Positions 17,849-28,402 of a stretch of DNA of 64,000 bases are shown piece by piece. How positions within the stretch are numbered: the stretch's first letter is position 1; every line of letters begins with the position of its first letter. The position numbers and the translations under genes were made by a program. Below the pieces are notes generated by a model, which was given only the letters and a program-made list of their open reading frames with translations, did no database searches and was not told the origin of the DNA. The stretch covers positions 1-64,000 of the IMG/VR virus record IMGVR_UViG_3300037502_002993; one strand, given 5' to 3'.

Positions 17849-19489
17849 TTAGATCAGACCCGTGTAACGGTCAGCGTTGGAGGAAGTGGGAGACGCATTG
17901 TTATCTGGCGTTTGCGAGGAGGTGGTGAGGACGGCGTTATCGAACGCAGGGATATTGGGATTGTAAGCTACCCCAGAGATCGTGGGTTCAGGAATGACCT
18001 CATCGAGCAGATAGAGGAGATCGGTTGAGATCTTATCGGCCCGTTCGCGATCATTGGTCACCACCGGGGTGAACAGGGAATCCACAAAGGTGGGCGCTAC
18101 CCACCGGATGGGTCCCTCTGCCCCAAGTCGCAGCATGATCACCGTGTCCCCGGAGATATCACACCCCACTGAGAGTTCAAAGGAGATCTGGTTGTTACGG
18201 GTGATCACATTGAGTAGATCCACCCCAAGTCTCCGTTCGAACTCCGCCAGGTGGGGAGCCAGGTAGAGGTTATCCTCAATGGCCCGTACACTGTTGTTGT
18301 CCGCAAACGACATCCGGTAGTTACCCGGTCCATGACCATTAGTCACGTTAATCGCCACATAGCGCAGCAGGTTGTCCATCATAATAGCAGGCAGTATCTG
18401 AGCGATAGAGCTCGCCGCTACCGTGATTTCATTACTGCCCCGCCAGTGCTCGCTGTCCTCTGCTTGGTTGACGCGACGAATAGATTGCCCGGTGTCCATT
18501 CCCGGTGGTGGGGTCACCTGCTCACTGCTGACTTCCGGGAAGATACTGGAGAGTTCCGCCAGAGTGACAAAACCCTTCTCCATGTACCCTGCCTGGGTCT
18601 TGAGGAGCTGGAAGAAGCTGACCTTGTGGATATGGTCATTGGCAATACGACTCCCGGCTTCCCGGTAGAGCGATGCCTTATCATACCCAAAGTTCCCCTC
18701 CATGACGTTTTCTTTATGTGCGTGCTGGTACCCCAACAGGGTTTTGTGCAGGTACCGACTCGGGGAGGCATCGTGTCGGCGAGAATATTGGTACATGGTA
18801 CCGTCTGACACTGTTGAGCGCTGGTCAAGAATCTCCACCGGACCATTCCCGAAGTTACCAAACTGGCGCAGCTTCTCTACCGCCTGTTGACTGTGCCCGT
18901 GATAGAAGATATCATCCGGACGGATCAAGAAGTTGGTGTTATGACCAAAGGCGGTGGTAACGCCTGGGGCATTGGCCATGTCCACGGGAGAGACAATCTG
19001 GTTAGAGCCGATGGGTCGGACGTTCCAATACCCCCCTTGCGGTGAGGTCTCGTAGGTACATGAAAGGGTGGTCTCACTGTTGAAGTAGATACGCATGTTG
19101 GGATCAGGGCGCCCGGTATGGCTCAGATCGGCCGCATCGGAGTACCCAAAGAAGATCCGCTTGATCTGCTGGTGGGGCTCCGCCGGGTTATACTCAAGGA
19201 CTTTCATCATGAAGCGAAAACGCCGCGTGCGCCAGCCGTTTACCACATGAGCCTCACCCTGGGTGGTGAACTGGGGACGCAGGATATCCCCAGCCACTCC
19301 TTCTACCGCAGAGATCCCAACATTGAGGCCCCCTTGGGTCGCTTCAGTGAGGGCGTCTCTGAGACCGCGTGCGACATTGGTTTCAAACGGACGGATCATC
19401 TGTTCGGTATAGGTACCGGATTGTACCAATAAGAACAGTTGAACGCTGACTTTCTTATCGGCATTGAACCCTTCGGTATGACTGAACAT
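17849..19489 (-). CDS. nvRNAP promoter-specificity subunit (phiKZ gp68-like)
   Basis: 546 aa; synteny; GTY..Q..RPF and NGW..RRFRF motifs. Confidence 0.7.
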   Translation of the reverse strand: MFSHTEGFNADKKVSVQLFLLVQSGTYTEQMIRPFETNVARGLRDALTEATQGGLNVGISAVEGVAGDILRPQFTTQGEAHVVNGWRTRRFRFMMKVLEYNPAEPHQQIKRIFFGYSDAADLSHTGRPDPNMRIYFNSETTLSCTYETSPQGGYWNVRPIGSNQIVSPVDMANAPGVTTAFGHNTNFLIRPDDIFYHGHSQQAVEKLRQFGNFGNGPVEILDQRSTVSDGTMYQYSRRHDASPSRYLHKTLLGYQHAHKENVMEGNFGYDKASLYREAGSRIANDHIHKVSFFQLLKTQAGYMEKGFVTLAELSSIFPEVSSEQVTPPPGMDTGQSIRRVNQAEDSEHWRGSNEITVAASSIAQILPAIMMDNLLRYVAINVTNGHGPGNYRMSFADNNSVRAIEDNLYLAPHLAEFERRLGVDLLNVITRNNQISFELSVGCDISGDTVIMLRLGAEGPIRWVAPTFVDSLFTPVVTNDRERADKISTDLLYLLDEVIPEPTISGVAYNPNIPAFDNAVLTTSSQTPDNNASPTSSNADRYTGLI

Positions 19490-19536
19490 GGAGGTGTGCT
19501 CCTTACATTAGGCCTAATGTGTGTTGCCGTTCAAAC

Positions 19537-21204
19537 TCACTGATTGATCTCAGCCAGCTTGATGATCATTTCTGAGATATTGTTTTTGATATCGAGAGGG
19601 ACCGTAAGGAGACGTCTCCCCTCCGGTTGATTGGCTTCCCGATAGAGCGCCTGAGGTCCCAGATACTCCCAGGTGCCACTGAAGATCAGTTTGGTCAACT
19701 CCTGTGCCCCAATCACCGCGACGTTACCCTGCTTGGGGTCGGGGTTGCGGCCTGATACAGGATATTGGTGGGGGAAGTAGGTTACCATCTCATCCTGCCT
19801 ATCCCGGTTATACCTCACTAGCGGCTGGGTCCCTTCAGTAAGACCCATGACGATACCGCCTTGTTCCATGTCTACCCGCTTCACCAGCATCAGACACGCC
19901 AGGTCGAAAAACCCCCAATGCCACAGCAGCGCTTGGGTGGTTGTGAGTAAACGCAATGTAGCGGGTTTATGGATGTAGCGAAAAGCCCGCGCGGGAAAGG
20001 CCTTGGCCATCACCCACTGAGCCAGTAGGATCTGGTGTTCATTGACCCGCACCTCATCAGCACGCCCCATTGTTTTAATGCACTGCTCTAACAGCTTCAG
20101 GTTGATCGTGGGGTCGATGTGTGTGGCCATCCCCACCATGTCCTTACTGTAGACCTCATGTAAGACAATGTCGCCCTCAGCGGCCTTCTGCTTGATCTTG
20201 TACTCTTCAAGTACCCCCGTGTTATCGGAGTCCTCCTCACTGATATTGCTGTCTTCGCTTTTCTTGGCTTCTATTCGATCCGCCCCCATGTCCTGGGGGG
20301 TGAGTTTGGTCTTGACGTAGTTATGCACATTGGCGATGATGTTCGCCCCTACCCGATGATCCGTCAGGGGGATGATTGTCAGTCTCCTCAGAAACACCAT
20401 AGCAAGCAGCCGGATGGCCACTTCACTTGAAGGCACCCCTTTCCAGAGGAACATCTTCATGGCGTCAGCATTACCGGCCTTTCCCAGCCCCTTTCCATTA
20501 GGGTTGGCTACCCGGATCTCGATATAGCGTTCGAGTTTATCCTTAGCGCCCGGTTCGAAATACCCATCGGCTTTTACCTGTTGGTGATTCGGCCAAGTGA
20601 GCAGTTCCGTATTGGCAATCAAGGAGTAGGCTTCTAATTCCTTATAGAGATCATCCCCAAGGCCCAACCCCCCTTGATTCAAGAACTCCCCCCAGATGGG
20701 AATTAGCGGCCTCAGGGCCAGAGACAGCGTCGCCAGATTAATGTAGTCGTTTTTCAGGTAGGTTTGATCGGGGTCGGGATAACGCCCTTTCGACTGATCG
20801 ATGTGGTCCAGGGTATCGGCCGGAATGAACAGGTTGGTTTTGGTCAGTAAGAAAGCCTTCAGGTCATCCATACGGAAGCATTCTGTAATGCGTCGGATGT
20901 TCTCCTGAATCAAAAATGTGTTGGTGGCGACACTCTCACTCCCCGGGTCCTTCATGTCGTTCGGGTCTACCAGGATTTCATGAATCGTCCTGTAATAGTC
21001 CCACACGACATCGTGTGTTTTCGGAGAGAGGCCTTTAAGGAAGGCGTTGAAGTCGCCAAAGACCCCATCAACATTGGCCAGTTTGACTTTACTGAATAGC
21101 GGGGTAGCGAAACGTAATACGTCTTTTTTGTGGTGTAGGGAAACTTCCTGGAATCCCTCGCCTCGCCGTTCGGAAATTTGAAACTCCACAGTGGCGCTCC
21201 TCAA
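19537..21204 (-). CDS. Conserved core protein (phiKZ gp67 position)
   Basis: 555-aa ORF upstream of the gp68-like gene; TYLKNDY and PIWGEF motifs. Confidence 0.65.
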   Translation of the reverse strand: MRSATVEFQISERRGEGFQEVSLHHKKDVLRFATPLFSKVKLANVDGVFGDFNAFLKGLSPKTHDVVWDYYRTIHEILVDPNDMKDPGSESVATNTFLIQENIRRITECFRMDDLKAFLLTKTNLFIPADTLDHIDQSKGRYPDPDQTYLKNDYINLATLSLALRPLIPIWGEFLNQGGLGLGDDLYKELEAYSLIANTELLTWPNHQQVKADGYFEPGAKDKLERYIEIRVANPNGKGLGKAGNADAMKMFLWKGVPSSEVAIRLLAMVFLRRLTIIPLTDHRVGANIIANVHNYVKTKLTPQDMGADRIEAKKSEDSNISEEDSDNTGVLEEYKIKQKAAEGDIVLHEVYSKDMVGMATHIDPTINLKLLEQCIKTMGRADEVRVNEHQILLAQWVMAKAFPARAFRYIHKPATLRLLTTTQALLWHWGFFDLACLMLVKRVDMEQGGIVMGLTEGTQPLVRYNRDRQDEMVTYFPHQYPVSGRNPDPKQGNVAVIGAQELTKLIFSGTWEYLGPQALYREANQPEGRRLLTVPLDIKNNISEMIIKLAEINQ

Positions 21205-21461
21205 CGTGGATCGTCAATAACAGATACTGTCCGAGTGAACAGCACCTTCATGATGTAGATCTCTAACTCCTTTGGTTAAACCCCTTCTAAAACGCTCTAT
21301 TTTACGCTGTAAGCGTTTTTATGCCGTAAGTAGTAGTTGGGTTAGGGGTGGGTTCTTTTAAGCCTTAGAAGAGCAAATAGAGCCCATTCCTAACATTTTA
21401 CTGTGCTCAGTGCCTCGCGGCAAAATGGACCTCCGAAGAGGTCCACTTGGATAACTGATAC

Positions 21462-22187
21462 TTACCAGTCCTCAATGCCGTCATCGCCGAATTCCGCATC
21501 GAAGCTCTTGGCTTTGGATTGCCCACCACCACCGTTGTTGTTCTGCTGGTAGCCACCGCCACCGCCTTGATTGCGGTTCTGCTGCTGACCGCCCCCCTGG
21601 TTGAACGTGCCGGGCATCTTGGCCACGTTCTTGGCATCGGGGTTGAACTCACTGATCAACAGGTGACTGACCAGGGTTTCCCACTGGTGTGCAAAGCCGT
21701 AGGCGTATTGACGGGAAAGGTCGGCCTCACTCATCGGCTCACCGTTGACACTGATGGCGTGGAATTGACTCGGACCAAAGAAGAACTGAATCTTCGGACG
21801 GTTGTTGGCCAGTACCGCGATAAAGAGTTTGCCGCTCTCCCGCTCTACATCGAACCGCAGGGTGGCTAGCTTGATTTTCTTATCGAGCTTCTTACCGGCA
21901 ACAAAGTCGTCGATAAAGTCAATCTCAATCTTCCCCTCACGTTTCCCTTCGGCCAGCTCACGCAGCATCTTCATGGCCACCGTAAAGGTTGAGAGATCGA
22001 CATTAAAGTCAATACGGCCGTTATTGCGATCGTCCGGTACGTTGGTCTTGACCACAATCCGGGGAACATTGTTGAAGACCTTCACCTGGAGATTGGGGCG
22101 CTTCTGGGCACCGGCGACTGGGACACCGTAGACCCAGTTAGACATGACGTTGGTGATGTTGGGTTTAAACGCGGGACGATCAGACAT
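21462..22187 (-). CDS. chmC: Probable ChmC-like nucleic-acid-binding protein
   Basis: About 240 aa with a G/Q/N-rich disordered tail and acidic end; synteny; RBS favours the start MSDRPAF or the nearby MNM. Confidence 0.55.
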   Translation of the reverse strand: MSDRPAFKPNITNVMSNWVYGVPVAGAQKRPNLQVKVFNNVPRIVVKTNVPDDRNNGRIDFNVDLSTFTVAMKMLRELAEGKREGKIEIDFIDDFVAGKKLDKKIKLATLRFDVERESGKLFIAVLANNRPKIQFFFGPSQFHAISVNGEPMSEADLSRQYAYGFAHQWETLVSHLLISEFNPDAKNVAKMPGTFNQGGGQQQNRNQGGGGGYQQNNNGGGGQSKAKSFDAEFGDDGIEDW

Positions 22188-22283
22188 GTTCATTTCCTTA
22201 TTAACGTAAGAATCAAGCGCCACTCTGCCTATACGGTAGTGACCCTCGGTAGTGCACTGAGAATGGATGCGATTGATCTCAAG

Positions 22284-23105
22284 TTAGCTGAGCGTCTTTA
22301 CCCAGGCCTTGAGATCAGGACTTGCATGATGGAGGAGATCGTGTCGAACCTTCTCATCCGTCGTAAGGCTATGCCACTTGGCGGTCATGCCAATGGTTCT
22401 TACCTCACGTCGTAACTTGGCGTCAATCCCCGCCAACAGGGTCCCCTCCCCAAGTAGTTGGATTAGGGTGCGGGTCAACGGGAAATGGTCTTCTGACTTC
22501 ACGCCATGCAGCTTGCTGCCCCACTCGTTGCGCTCTTTGATCTTCCCGGTGTGGGATTCCAAAAGCATAAGGGTGGAGAAGCGGAATACCCAGAGCAGAT
22601 GATGGGCATGGTGGGTGAGCATCAACACTCGACGAGGAACGACCTCGGGGACGCCTTTAATCGTGGTTAAAGGAAGCTCCCGTCTGGCAAACACCTCCAG
22701 AAGAAGTCGGTAGAGGTAATCCTGACAGTAGTGTTGGTGCTGCTGGCGCTCAGTGCGGGGCTCTTTCAGTGGCGCATGGGGAAAGAGCCATTTCACCTCA
22801 TCAAGTGTTTGGTGATAGATCACAAGTTCAAGTGGGGCTTCCAGGCCATTGAGTATCTCCTGTAGATGGTAGAGCTCATCCATGAGGTGATCTCCCCCCT
22901 CATGAAGATCCACGTGAGAGAGGTCCTCCGTTGAGTAGGCACTGAGGTAGTTCCTGACAAGTGTCGGTAGGTTTACCCACAACTGTTCAAAGGCTTTGGG
23001 CTGGATGGTATTCGTGTGTTCAGGGTGTGTCCCCACCAACCCCTCAATGGCTAGAGAGGTCCCAATGGATAAGGGGTAGTTCCCAAACTCGCGCTGCACC
23101 TCCAT
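22284..23105 (-). CDS. Conserved core hypothetical protein
   Basis: G.YPLSIGTSLA, NL.TLVRN and LLESHTG motifs. Confidence 0.75.
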   Translation of the reverse strand: MEVQREFGNYPLSIGTSLAIEGLVGTHPEHTNTIQPKAFEQLWVNLPTLVRNYLSAYSTEDLSHVDLHEGGDHLMDELYHLQEILNGLEAPLELVIYHQTLDEVKWLFPHAPLKEPRTERQQHQHYCQDYLYRLLLEVFARRELPLTTIKGVPEVVPRRVLMLTHHAHHLLWVFRFSTLMLLESHTGKIKERNEWGSKLHGVKSEDHFPLTRTLIQLLGEGTLLAGIDAKLRREVRTIGMTAKWHSLTTDEKVRHDLLHHASPDLKAWVKTLS

Positions 23106-23111
23106 GGGGCG

Positions 23112-24293
23112 TTACTCCAGTATGTCCTCCATCAAGGCGAGACAACGCTGTTGTTGGAGGGGGTCGGTGGTGTGTTTGGTGATCTCATCTCGGAGCAGGC
23201 CGGGGAGTGTCTTGGGATCAATGGGGATGAACTCCTCAATGTCCATATGGAGTAACTCATCCATCTCTTTAGCGGTCTGCTGCTTGGAGGTCTTAATATC
23301 AGGCTTTGCCCACTCAAACTGCGGGTGGCGCTTTTTGAGCTCCTCTACATCCTTCGCAATGGGATCGTCACTGCGACACCGTATCTTCACACTGCTGCCA
23401 TTAGGTAGAGTGGCTAGGTGTTTGGAAATGACACTGGCTGCCTGTTGGCTATCCAGATCCACGCAGTCGATGGTGTCGTAGCGTTTGGCGTCTTTGTTTT
23501 CAACAAAGGTGACCGTCCAATCGTTCTCACTGCGTAAACTGACATCATAGAAGCCTTTAGGGTGTTCTTGACCATGGGTATCACGATCAAAACTACCGGC
23601 CGCTAAGATGCGCTCTTTCTGTGTGGGTTCATGCACATGCCCAATCAGGATCAGATACCGCACTAACTCCAGATAAGTATCAGAGTCGTGAGTTGGCTCT
23701 GGGACAATGCTGGGCAGTTGATACTCAAAGGCCCCATGCATGATGGCGAAGTCCAGTTGGTCCAGGCCTTCCTTGGCCATCAACTGTTTCACCTCAATCA
23801 GGGTGTCTTGTGTATGCGGGCGCCATTTATCTGGTACATAGAGCACATTGATATTGAACCGCTCAATGTGCTCAATCGACAGCGTGGTGGCGTAATGCAG
23901 ATCCACGGGGATCTTGGCATTGGTGGCCTGTTCCGTGAAGAAGCGTGACTGCTCCCGATCGTGAGAGGGTGTCCCTTCTACCACGCGGACGATCACATCA
24001 AACCGCGCACAGCGCCACAATAGCTCCGTGATAAACCGATTGATCTCATGCACCTGAGGATCACCATTATTCAGCAAACGGTCGAATACATCTCCGGTGA
24101 TGAACAGGGCATCTACTTGAGATAGGCGGTGATCGTTGTTCAGGTACTGGTTAAGGTTCTTGATGATCCAACTGGTCGGGGTTCTCGGATGTCCTAGGTG
24201 GATATCGCCAATACTCAAAAACCGAAAAACGCCTTTGTGTTTGGTGGCTGTTAAGTTGATTCCGCCGTATTCTGACTCAGTCGTCAAACTCAT
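23112..24293 (-). CDS. sbcD: SbcD/Mre11-like metallophosphoesterase nuclease
   Basis: GDIHLG, ITGDVFD, GTPSHD, MHG, GHVH, AGS motifs. Confidence 0.85.
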   Translation of the reverse strand: MSLTTESEYGGINLTATKHKGVFRFLSIGDIHLGHPRTPTSWIIKNLNQYLNNDHRLSQVDALFITGDVFDRLLNNGDPQVHEINRFITELLWRCARFDVIVRVVEGTPSHDREQSRFFTEQATNAKIPVDLHYATTLSIEHIERFNINVLYVPDKWRPHTQDTLIEVKQLMAKEGLDQLDFAIMHGAFEYQLPSIVPEPTHDSDTYLELVRYLILIGHVHEPTQKERILAAGSFDRDTHGQEHPKGFYDVSLRSENDWTVTFVENKDAKRYDTIDCVDLDSQQAASVISKHLATLPNGSSVKIRCRSDDPIAKDVEELKKRHPQFEWAKPDIKTSKQQTAKEMDELLHMDIEEFIPIDPKTLPGLLRDEITKHTTDPLQQQRCLALMEDILE

Positions 24294-24900
24294 CAGTGAA
24301 GGTACTCCCAGTTTGGCCTGACTGACCCGGTACCGGTGACGTGGTAGATCCCTGGGCCAGGACCAACTTCCCTTGGTGGATGGTCAAGGGTTCACCGTTA
24401 GGGGTGACCATGGTACGACCATAACGCTCAAGGATCGCCATAATAGGAGCGATCACGGCGTTAATGTAATCGGGGTTATCCGATACGGAGTGCAGGAAAT
24501 TCGCCACCTTCTTATAGAGATTGGGGTTACCGATCTCAATGTCCCGACTCAGGCTGCGGAAGAAGTTTTCCGCAGTAAACCCACCGCGACCAGTCGCGAT
24601 TGTGGGGTTCATGGTGAGGGTCAGTGCTGGGACTTCAAACAGCACGATGTTGTTGTCTTGATTGTCGACCACCTGAAGGGGATGGATGAACTCCCCTACA
24701 TAAGGCAGGTAGCGCGCAAGGGCGTCCGGTCCAAACGGACAGGTGAGGATGTCAAGCACCTCACGCTGAAACTGGTACTCAGAGATCCTCGGGAGATACT
24801 CTTGGGTTTTCTGAAGGATGGTCTCCAGGGAGTTGCCCAGGAGCAGATCCATATGGGTTTTGATGGCGTCATTGCCACGGGCGTTCTGATCATCCGTCAT
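24277..24900 (-). CDS. Conserved hypothetical protein
   Basis: 207-aa ORF coupled to its neighbours. Confidence 0.7.
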   Translation of the reverse strand: MTDDQNARGNDAIKTHMDLLLGNSLETILQKTQEYLPRISEYQFQREVLDILTCPFGPDALARYLPYVGEFIHPLQVVDNQDNNIVLFEVPALTLTMNPTIATGRGGFTAENFFRSLSRDIEIGNPNLYKKVANFLHSVSDNPDYINAVIAPIMAILERYGRTMVTPNGEPLTIHQGKLVLAQGSTTSPVPGQSGQTGSTFTDEFDD

Positions 24901-25357
24901 GACGATTACTCACCTTGTGAAGATTAACAGGGAGAATGGGGACTTCGTTGAGATGGGGGAGGAGGTCACTCAGATTCAACACCCGGTACTGTTCCAGTGC
25001 GATCTGCTGCATGTTCCCCTCGACCATCTGTAGGAGTTTGGGCTCTCCGTGACTGTCGAGCGTGAGCAGGCAGGTACTGTCATCAGCCTCGACGCCCGTA
25101 CCTACGCCCGCAGGCACCAACTGAATCGTAGGGAGGGTCTCCTTACGCGGTGGGGGGTTGAGGAGTTCTGCTTGCTGTCCGTACATCCGTGCCCACACCA
25201 GCATGAACTCTCCCATGCGTTGATCAACTCGACGGTTGATCTCTTGGTGCAAGTTAGTCTCCATGTCCATCAGGCGCTTCTCTATCTCCAGCAGGCGGGT
25301 TTCCTCTTCAGTATAGATGAGTTGTTCGTCAGGGGCGTTCTGCTCATTCTGGTCCAT
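24890..25357 (-). CDS. Hypothetical protein
   Basis: 155-aa ORF with GGAG RBS and N-terminal coiled coil. Confidence 0.65.
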   Translation of the reverse strand: MDQNEQNAPDEQLIYTEEETRLLEIEKRLMDMETNLHQEINRRVDQRMGEFMLVWARMYGQQAELLNPPPRKETLPTIQLVPAGVGTGVEADDSTCLLTLDSHGEPKLLQMVEGNMQQIALEQYRVLNLSDLLPHLNEVPILPVNLHKVSNRHDG

Positions 25358-25405
25358 GGGGGCTCCGTTAGGTGGGTTGGTTCGTATTATGACGACAATC
25401 AGTAA

Positions 25406-25810
25406 TCAGCCGTTATTCAAGTTAATCACCTCAGCCAATACCCCGTCCACAAAACGAATTCGGCGTCCCAGCGAATGGGACTGGCCGTCTTCACGGACGG
25501 TGCAGTTCAGTCGAATGGTCATCTGCCCGGGCTTTTGTGGATCAGTGTCCTCTACCGTAACGCGCACCACAGCGTTGTTATTGAAGTTACGCATCAACAA
25601 CCGCTCAAGGCTTTCGGTCACCTCACTCTGTAGGAGCGTGCGATCATGCCCATACTCCTTGATCAAGTGGGCGAGACTTGCAATCTGCCCGTAATAGAGT
25701 TCAGATTGAGAATATTCACTGGTGATGAACCAGGCGATCACTCGATCCCCTTTCTCTTCGATACTAGAGACCCACCCTTTGGTGGAGAGTGTGGGAATGG
25801 CAGTCGGCAT
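25406..25810 (-). CDS. Conserved protein, possibly gp25-like fold
   Basis: AGGAGG RBS before MPTAIPTLS; IPTLS.KGW and S.YSQS motifs. Confidence 0.7.
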   Translation of the reverse strand: MPTAIPTLSTKGWVSSIEEKGDRVIAWFITSEYSQSELYYGQIASLAHLIKEYGHDRTLLQSEVTESLERLLMRNFNNNAVVRVTVEDTDPQKPGQMTIRLNCTVREDGQSHSLGRRIRFVDGVLAEVINLNNG

Positions 25811-25869
25811 AATAACCTCCTTAAACGAAGAAAAAATAAAGGGCAACACGAGGTTGCCCAGAGGATCAC

Positions 25870-26070
25870 CTACTCAGGTGGATCTGACAAGCCTGCCAAA
25901 ACCGCCGCCTGTTGCCGCGAGACCCCTTCTTCTAGGTGGTCCTTAAAGGTTAGGTAATCGTTAAGGTACCCGAGATCGAGGTGTTCCTGGCACAACTCCC
26001 CACCCTCCACACGAGGTTCCCAACAACCCGGAATGCCACACTTCGTAGCGTAAGTAACCTTAGTCGCCAT
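25870..26070 (-). CDS. Small Cys-rich hypothetical protein
   Basis: CGIPGC..LCQEH; GGAGG RBS. Confidence 0.6.
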   Translation of the reverse strand: MATKVTYATKCGIPGCWEPRVEGGELCQEHLDLGYLNDYLTFKDHLEEGVSRQQAAVLAGLSDPPE

Positions 26071-26169
26071 ACAGTCCCTCCAGCAGCTTCTGCGCTCGTG
26101 CTTTAGTGTACTTCACATCAGTGGAAAAGATAAACATAGAGTCCCCACCCGAAGGTGGGGACTGGTGTG

Positions 26170-26781
26170 TTACAGCATGTTGCCGTACAGACTGGTGGGG
26201 TCTTCGCCCCCCTCTTCGAGGATATGTCGTACACGGGCCCAACTGTCCAGGACATCGAGCTTCTCGAAGCTGGTGAGTTCCCGTTCTCCCTCAGGGAGGT
26301 AGTCCTGGTAACGCTTCAGGATGTAGTCATCTCCTTCCAGCCGCCCAACGCCATCCATAACACGACGCCAGTCATACTGGGCTTCGCCCACAGCGTTCCC
26401 TTGGAGGTTTTTATAGCTATCGGAATAACCGTCCACCTCTTGATGGAGATATTTGCGCCTCAGGGTTTCCTCCGCCATCACCCATCGCTGCATGGTTAGA
26501 GATGCGGTTTGGAATTGGGCCATGTCATAAAGGGCTTGGATCTGATTAGACACCCAGAGACTGTCCAACTTGCTCTTGGCGTTTCTCAGCATCTGCATGG
26601 CTTGGGATTCTGAGATGGTCTGGTGAATCTGTTTGGCTTGCGAAAAGAACTGCTGCGCGCGTTCACCAAGGGCACTATAGAACCCATCACCACGCTGCGC
26701 AATCCAGTCCTTTGTCTGTTCATCCACCATTCCACCCCCAAGCGCATCGATGAGATCGTTGCCGTAATTGAGGGCCTGCAT
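26170..26781 (-). CDS. Conserved core protein downstream of the beta' gene
   Basis: AAGGAG RBS; MQRWVMA..DGYSDSY..DPTS motifs. Confidence 0.75.
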   Translation of the reverse strand: MQALNYGNDLIDALGGGMVDEQTKDWIAQRGDGFYSALGERAQQFFSQAKQIHQTISESQAMQMLRNAKSKLDSLWVSNQIQALYDMAQFQTASLTMQRWVMAEETLRRKYLHQEVDGYSDSYKNLQGNAVGEAQYDWRRVMDGVGRLEGDDYILKRYQDYLPEGERELTSFEKLDVLDSWARVRHILEEGGEDPTSLYGNML

Positions 26782-26806
26782 TAATGGAACACTCCTTTAC
26801 GTTGGG

Positions 26807-26992
26807 TTACCCACGACCATTGAGGTAGTCAGCGTGTATCCAGTTGGCCGCCATGTCCACCACAGGACCTTGAAGGGCTAACTTACCTGTAATCTCGTGG
26901 GGCTTACTGACATCCCAACACCACAGGTGAGGGGCCAGCCTTGAGGTCTTCTCAGTTGCCCAGTTATCCAGATTCAGGATTAAAATCAGTGC
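26807..26992 (-). CDS. nvRNAP beta' N-subunit, exon 4 (phiKZ gp56.1-like)
   Basis: ALILILNLD..RLAPHLW..PHEITGKLALQGPVV follows DFDGD after splicing. Confidence 0.88.
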   Translation of the reverse strand, partial: ALILILNLDNWATEKTSRLAPHLWCWDVSKPHEITGKLALQGPVVDMAANWIHADYLNGRG

Positions 26993-27436
26993 CAAATGTC
27001 TTCAGTGTGGTTCGTTAGGCCACACCCGCCACCTCCCCGCCTCACGGCGGTAAGGCGCTGCTCTGGGCGTTACCCAGACTGTTGAGATCATCTCTTATTC
27101 CACTTCCTGTGGAATCCTCCCGTTTTGACCCCACTTGGGGCCTACGCTACTCATCACTGTGATCCATTCCTTGGCAGTGCTTTCGCTGACCGTTGAGCCC
27201 ACTCCTTATCAATTAAGACTTAGGAGCTTCGCTGCGTGATTGGACAATCTCCACCGTTATTACCGACTGGCGTGTTTGTAACGCCAGGAGCGGCTAGTAG
27301 CCGCCCGTACCCAGTTAATTAGACTGGCCGCTAGTTTGTTTCCAGAACTAGTTTGGTAGATGGAGCTCTAAGCCCGTCCCCGCAATTAGAGAGGTTGTTT
27401 AGCTGTATGTTACCATACAGGGTGACATCACTGTTT
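26993..27436 (-). ncRNA. Group I intron 3 of the beta' gene (444 nt, no ORF)
   Basis: Exon GGUGAU pairs with internal guide GUCACC with a U-G at the splice site; AATTGCGGGGA and AATCACGCAGC core elements; ends GAAGACATTTG. Confidence 0.88.
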
Positions 27437-27448
27437 ATCACCATCAAA
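27437..27448 (-). CDS. 12-nt micro-exon 3 encoding FDGD
   Basis: TTT GAT GGT GAT lies between an intron-terminal G and the next 5' splice site. Confidence 0.88.
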
Positions 27449-27929
27449 CAAATATCTTCGACTGGAGTCGTTAATTCCAGCCCGTCTTCCCTGGGACTAC
27501 TGCACCAGGAGACAGCTTCAGGATTTCCCTGAATGATTGAGACCATATCTTCCACTGTGTCTAAACACAGCAGCCTCCCGTTTCGATTTAAAGGACTTAC
27601 GTCTAGTGCCATTCCACACTAGCGGCCTACCCAAACACTTGGCTCTACTCTACTCACTTTAATCTCCGTAGAGACCAGCGCACTTTACAGCGCTGTCACT
27701 CCGCTTGCTTTGAGCAAGCCGCAGCTTTCGATGGTCGTTGAACACATGCCGTAGTTCCTAGTGTAGAAACCTTAGGCACTTCGTTGCGCTGATTCTGCCT
27801 GTTCAACACGTTTTTACCAAGCCACCCACTTCCATTACTGGGGGTGGTATTGTAGTGGGTTTCCCCCTACAAGTGGTAGTGTTGACATACAGCAAGTTCC
27901 CGCAGTTAGAGAGGTAAGGACCTTGATCG
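27449..27929 (-). ncRNA. Group I intron 2 of the beta' gene (481 nt)
   Basis: Exon GGAU pairs with GUCC; AACTGCGGGAA and AAGATATGGTC core elements; ends GAAGATATTTG. Confidence 0.88.
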
Positions 27930-27935
27930 ATCCGC
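27930..27935 (-). CDS. 6-nt micro-exon 2 encoding AD
   Basis: GCG GAT directly after the intron end GAAGGCACCG. Confidence 0.85.
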
Positions 27936-28402
27936 CGGTGCCTTCAGTAGGGGGCGTTACTCCCTACCCGCTACCCTTCTGTCTCTCGACAGTAAGGCGC
28001 TGCTCCAGGTTTTCCCTGGATGCCGAGACTATATCTTCACCCGCCAGCTTTAGACTGGGTAGGGTGTCTTCCGTTTCCCCGCCCGATCACTTGGCAGGTA
28101 CAGGGGCCCGAATCCCTTAGTCGTTGGGCACATCCCATATCCCTGTAAAAGGAACTTAGGGACTTCGCTGCGTGATTCCCCATTTTGCCTTATCTAGCGC
28201 ATCCTCGTCTCTTTTACTGTACCGCTGTGGTTAGCAGCGCCCCTGTGGGGTGTCTGACGACACCGGTCACTCTTTCGAGCACAGGTTAGTGTACGAGGCT
28301 TTAGTGGGTTCCCGTCAATTAGGAAGAACACCGCCCAGAACTTTCATCCTGGGGGAACATTAGGAAAGTTTCTCCAATCGAGGTATTTTAACTTTCCTGT
28401 CT
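27936..28402 (-). ncRNA. Group I intron 1 of the beta' gene (467 nt)
   Basis: AATTGACGGGAA, AATCACGCAGC, GACTAAG and AAGATATAGTC core elements; starts after CCC AAT; its P1 pairing is not obvious by eye. Confidence 0.85.

Noticed and set aside
27331-28120. ORFs 27331..27612 and 27923..28120 as intron endonucleases
   Set aside because: Short, lacking nuclease motifs, and overlapping ribozyme cores and splice junctions
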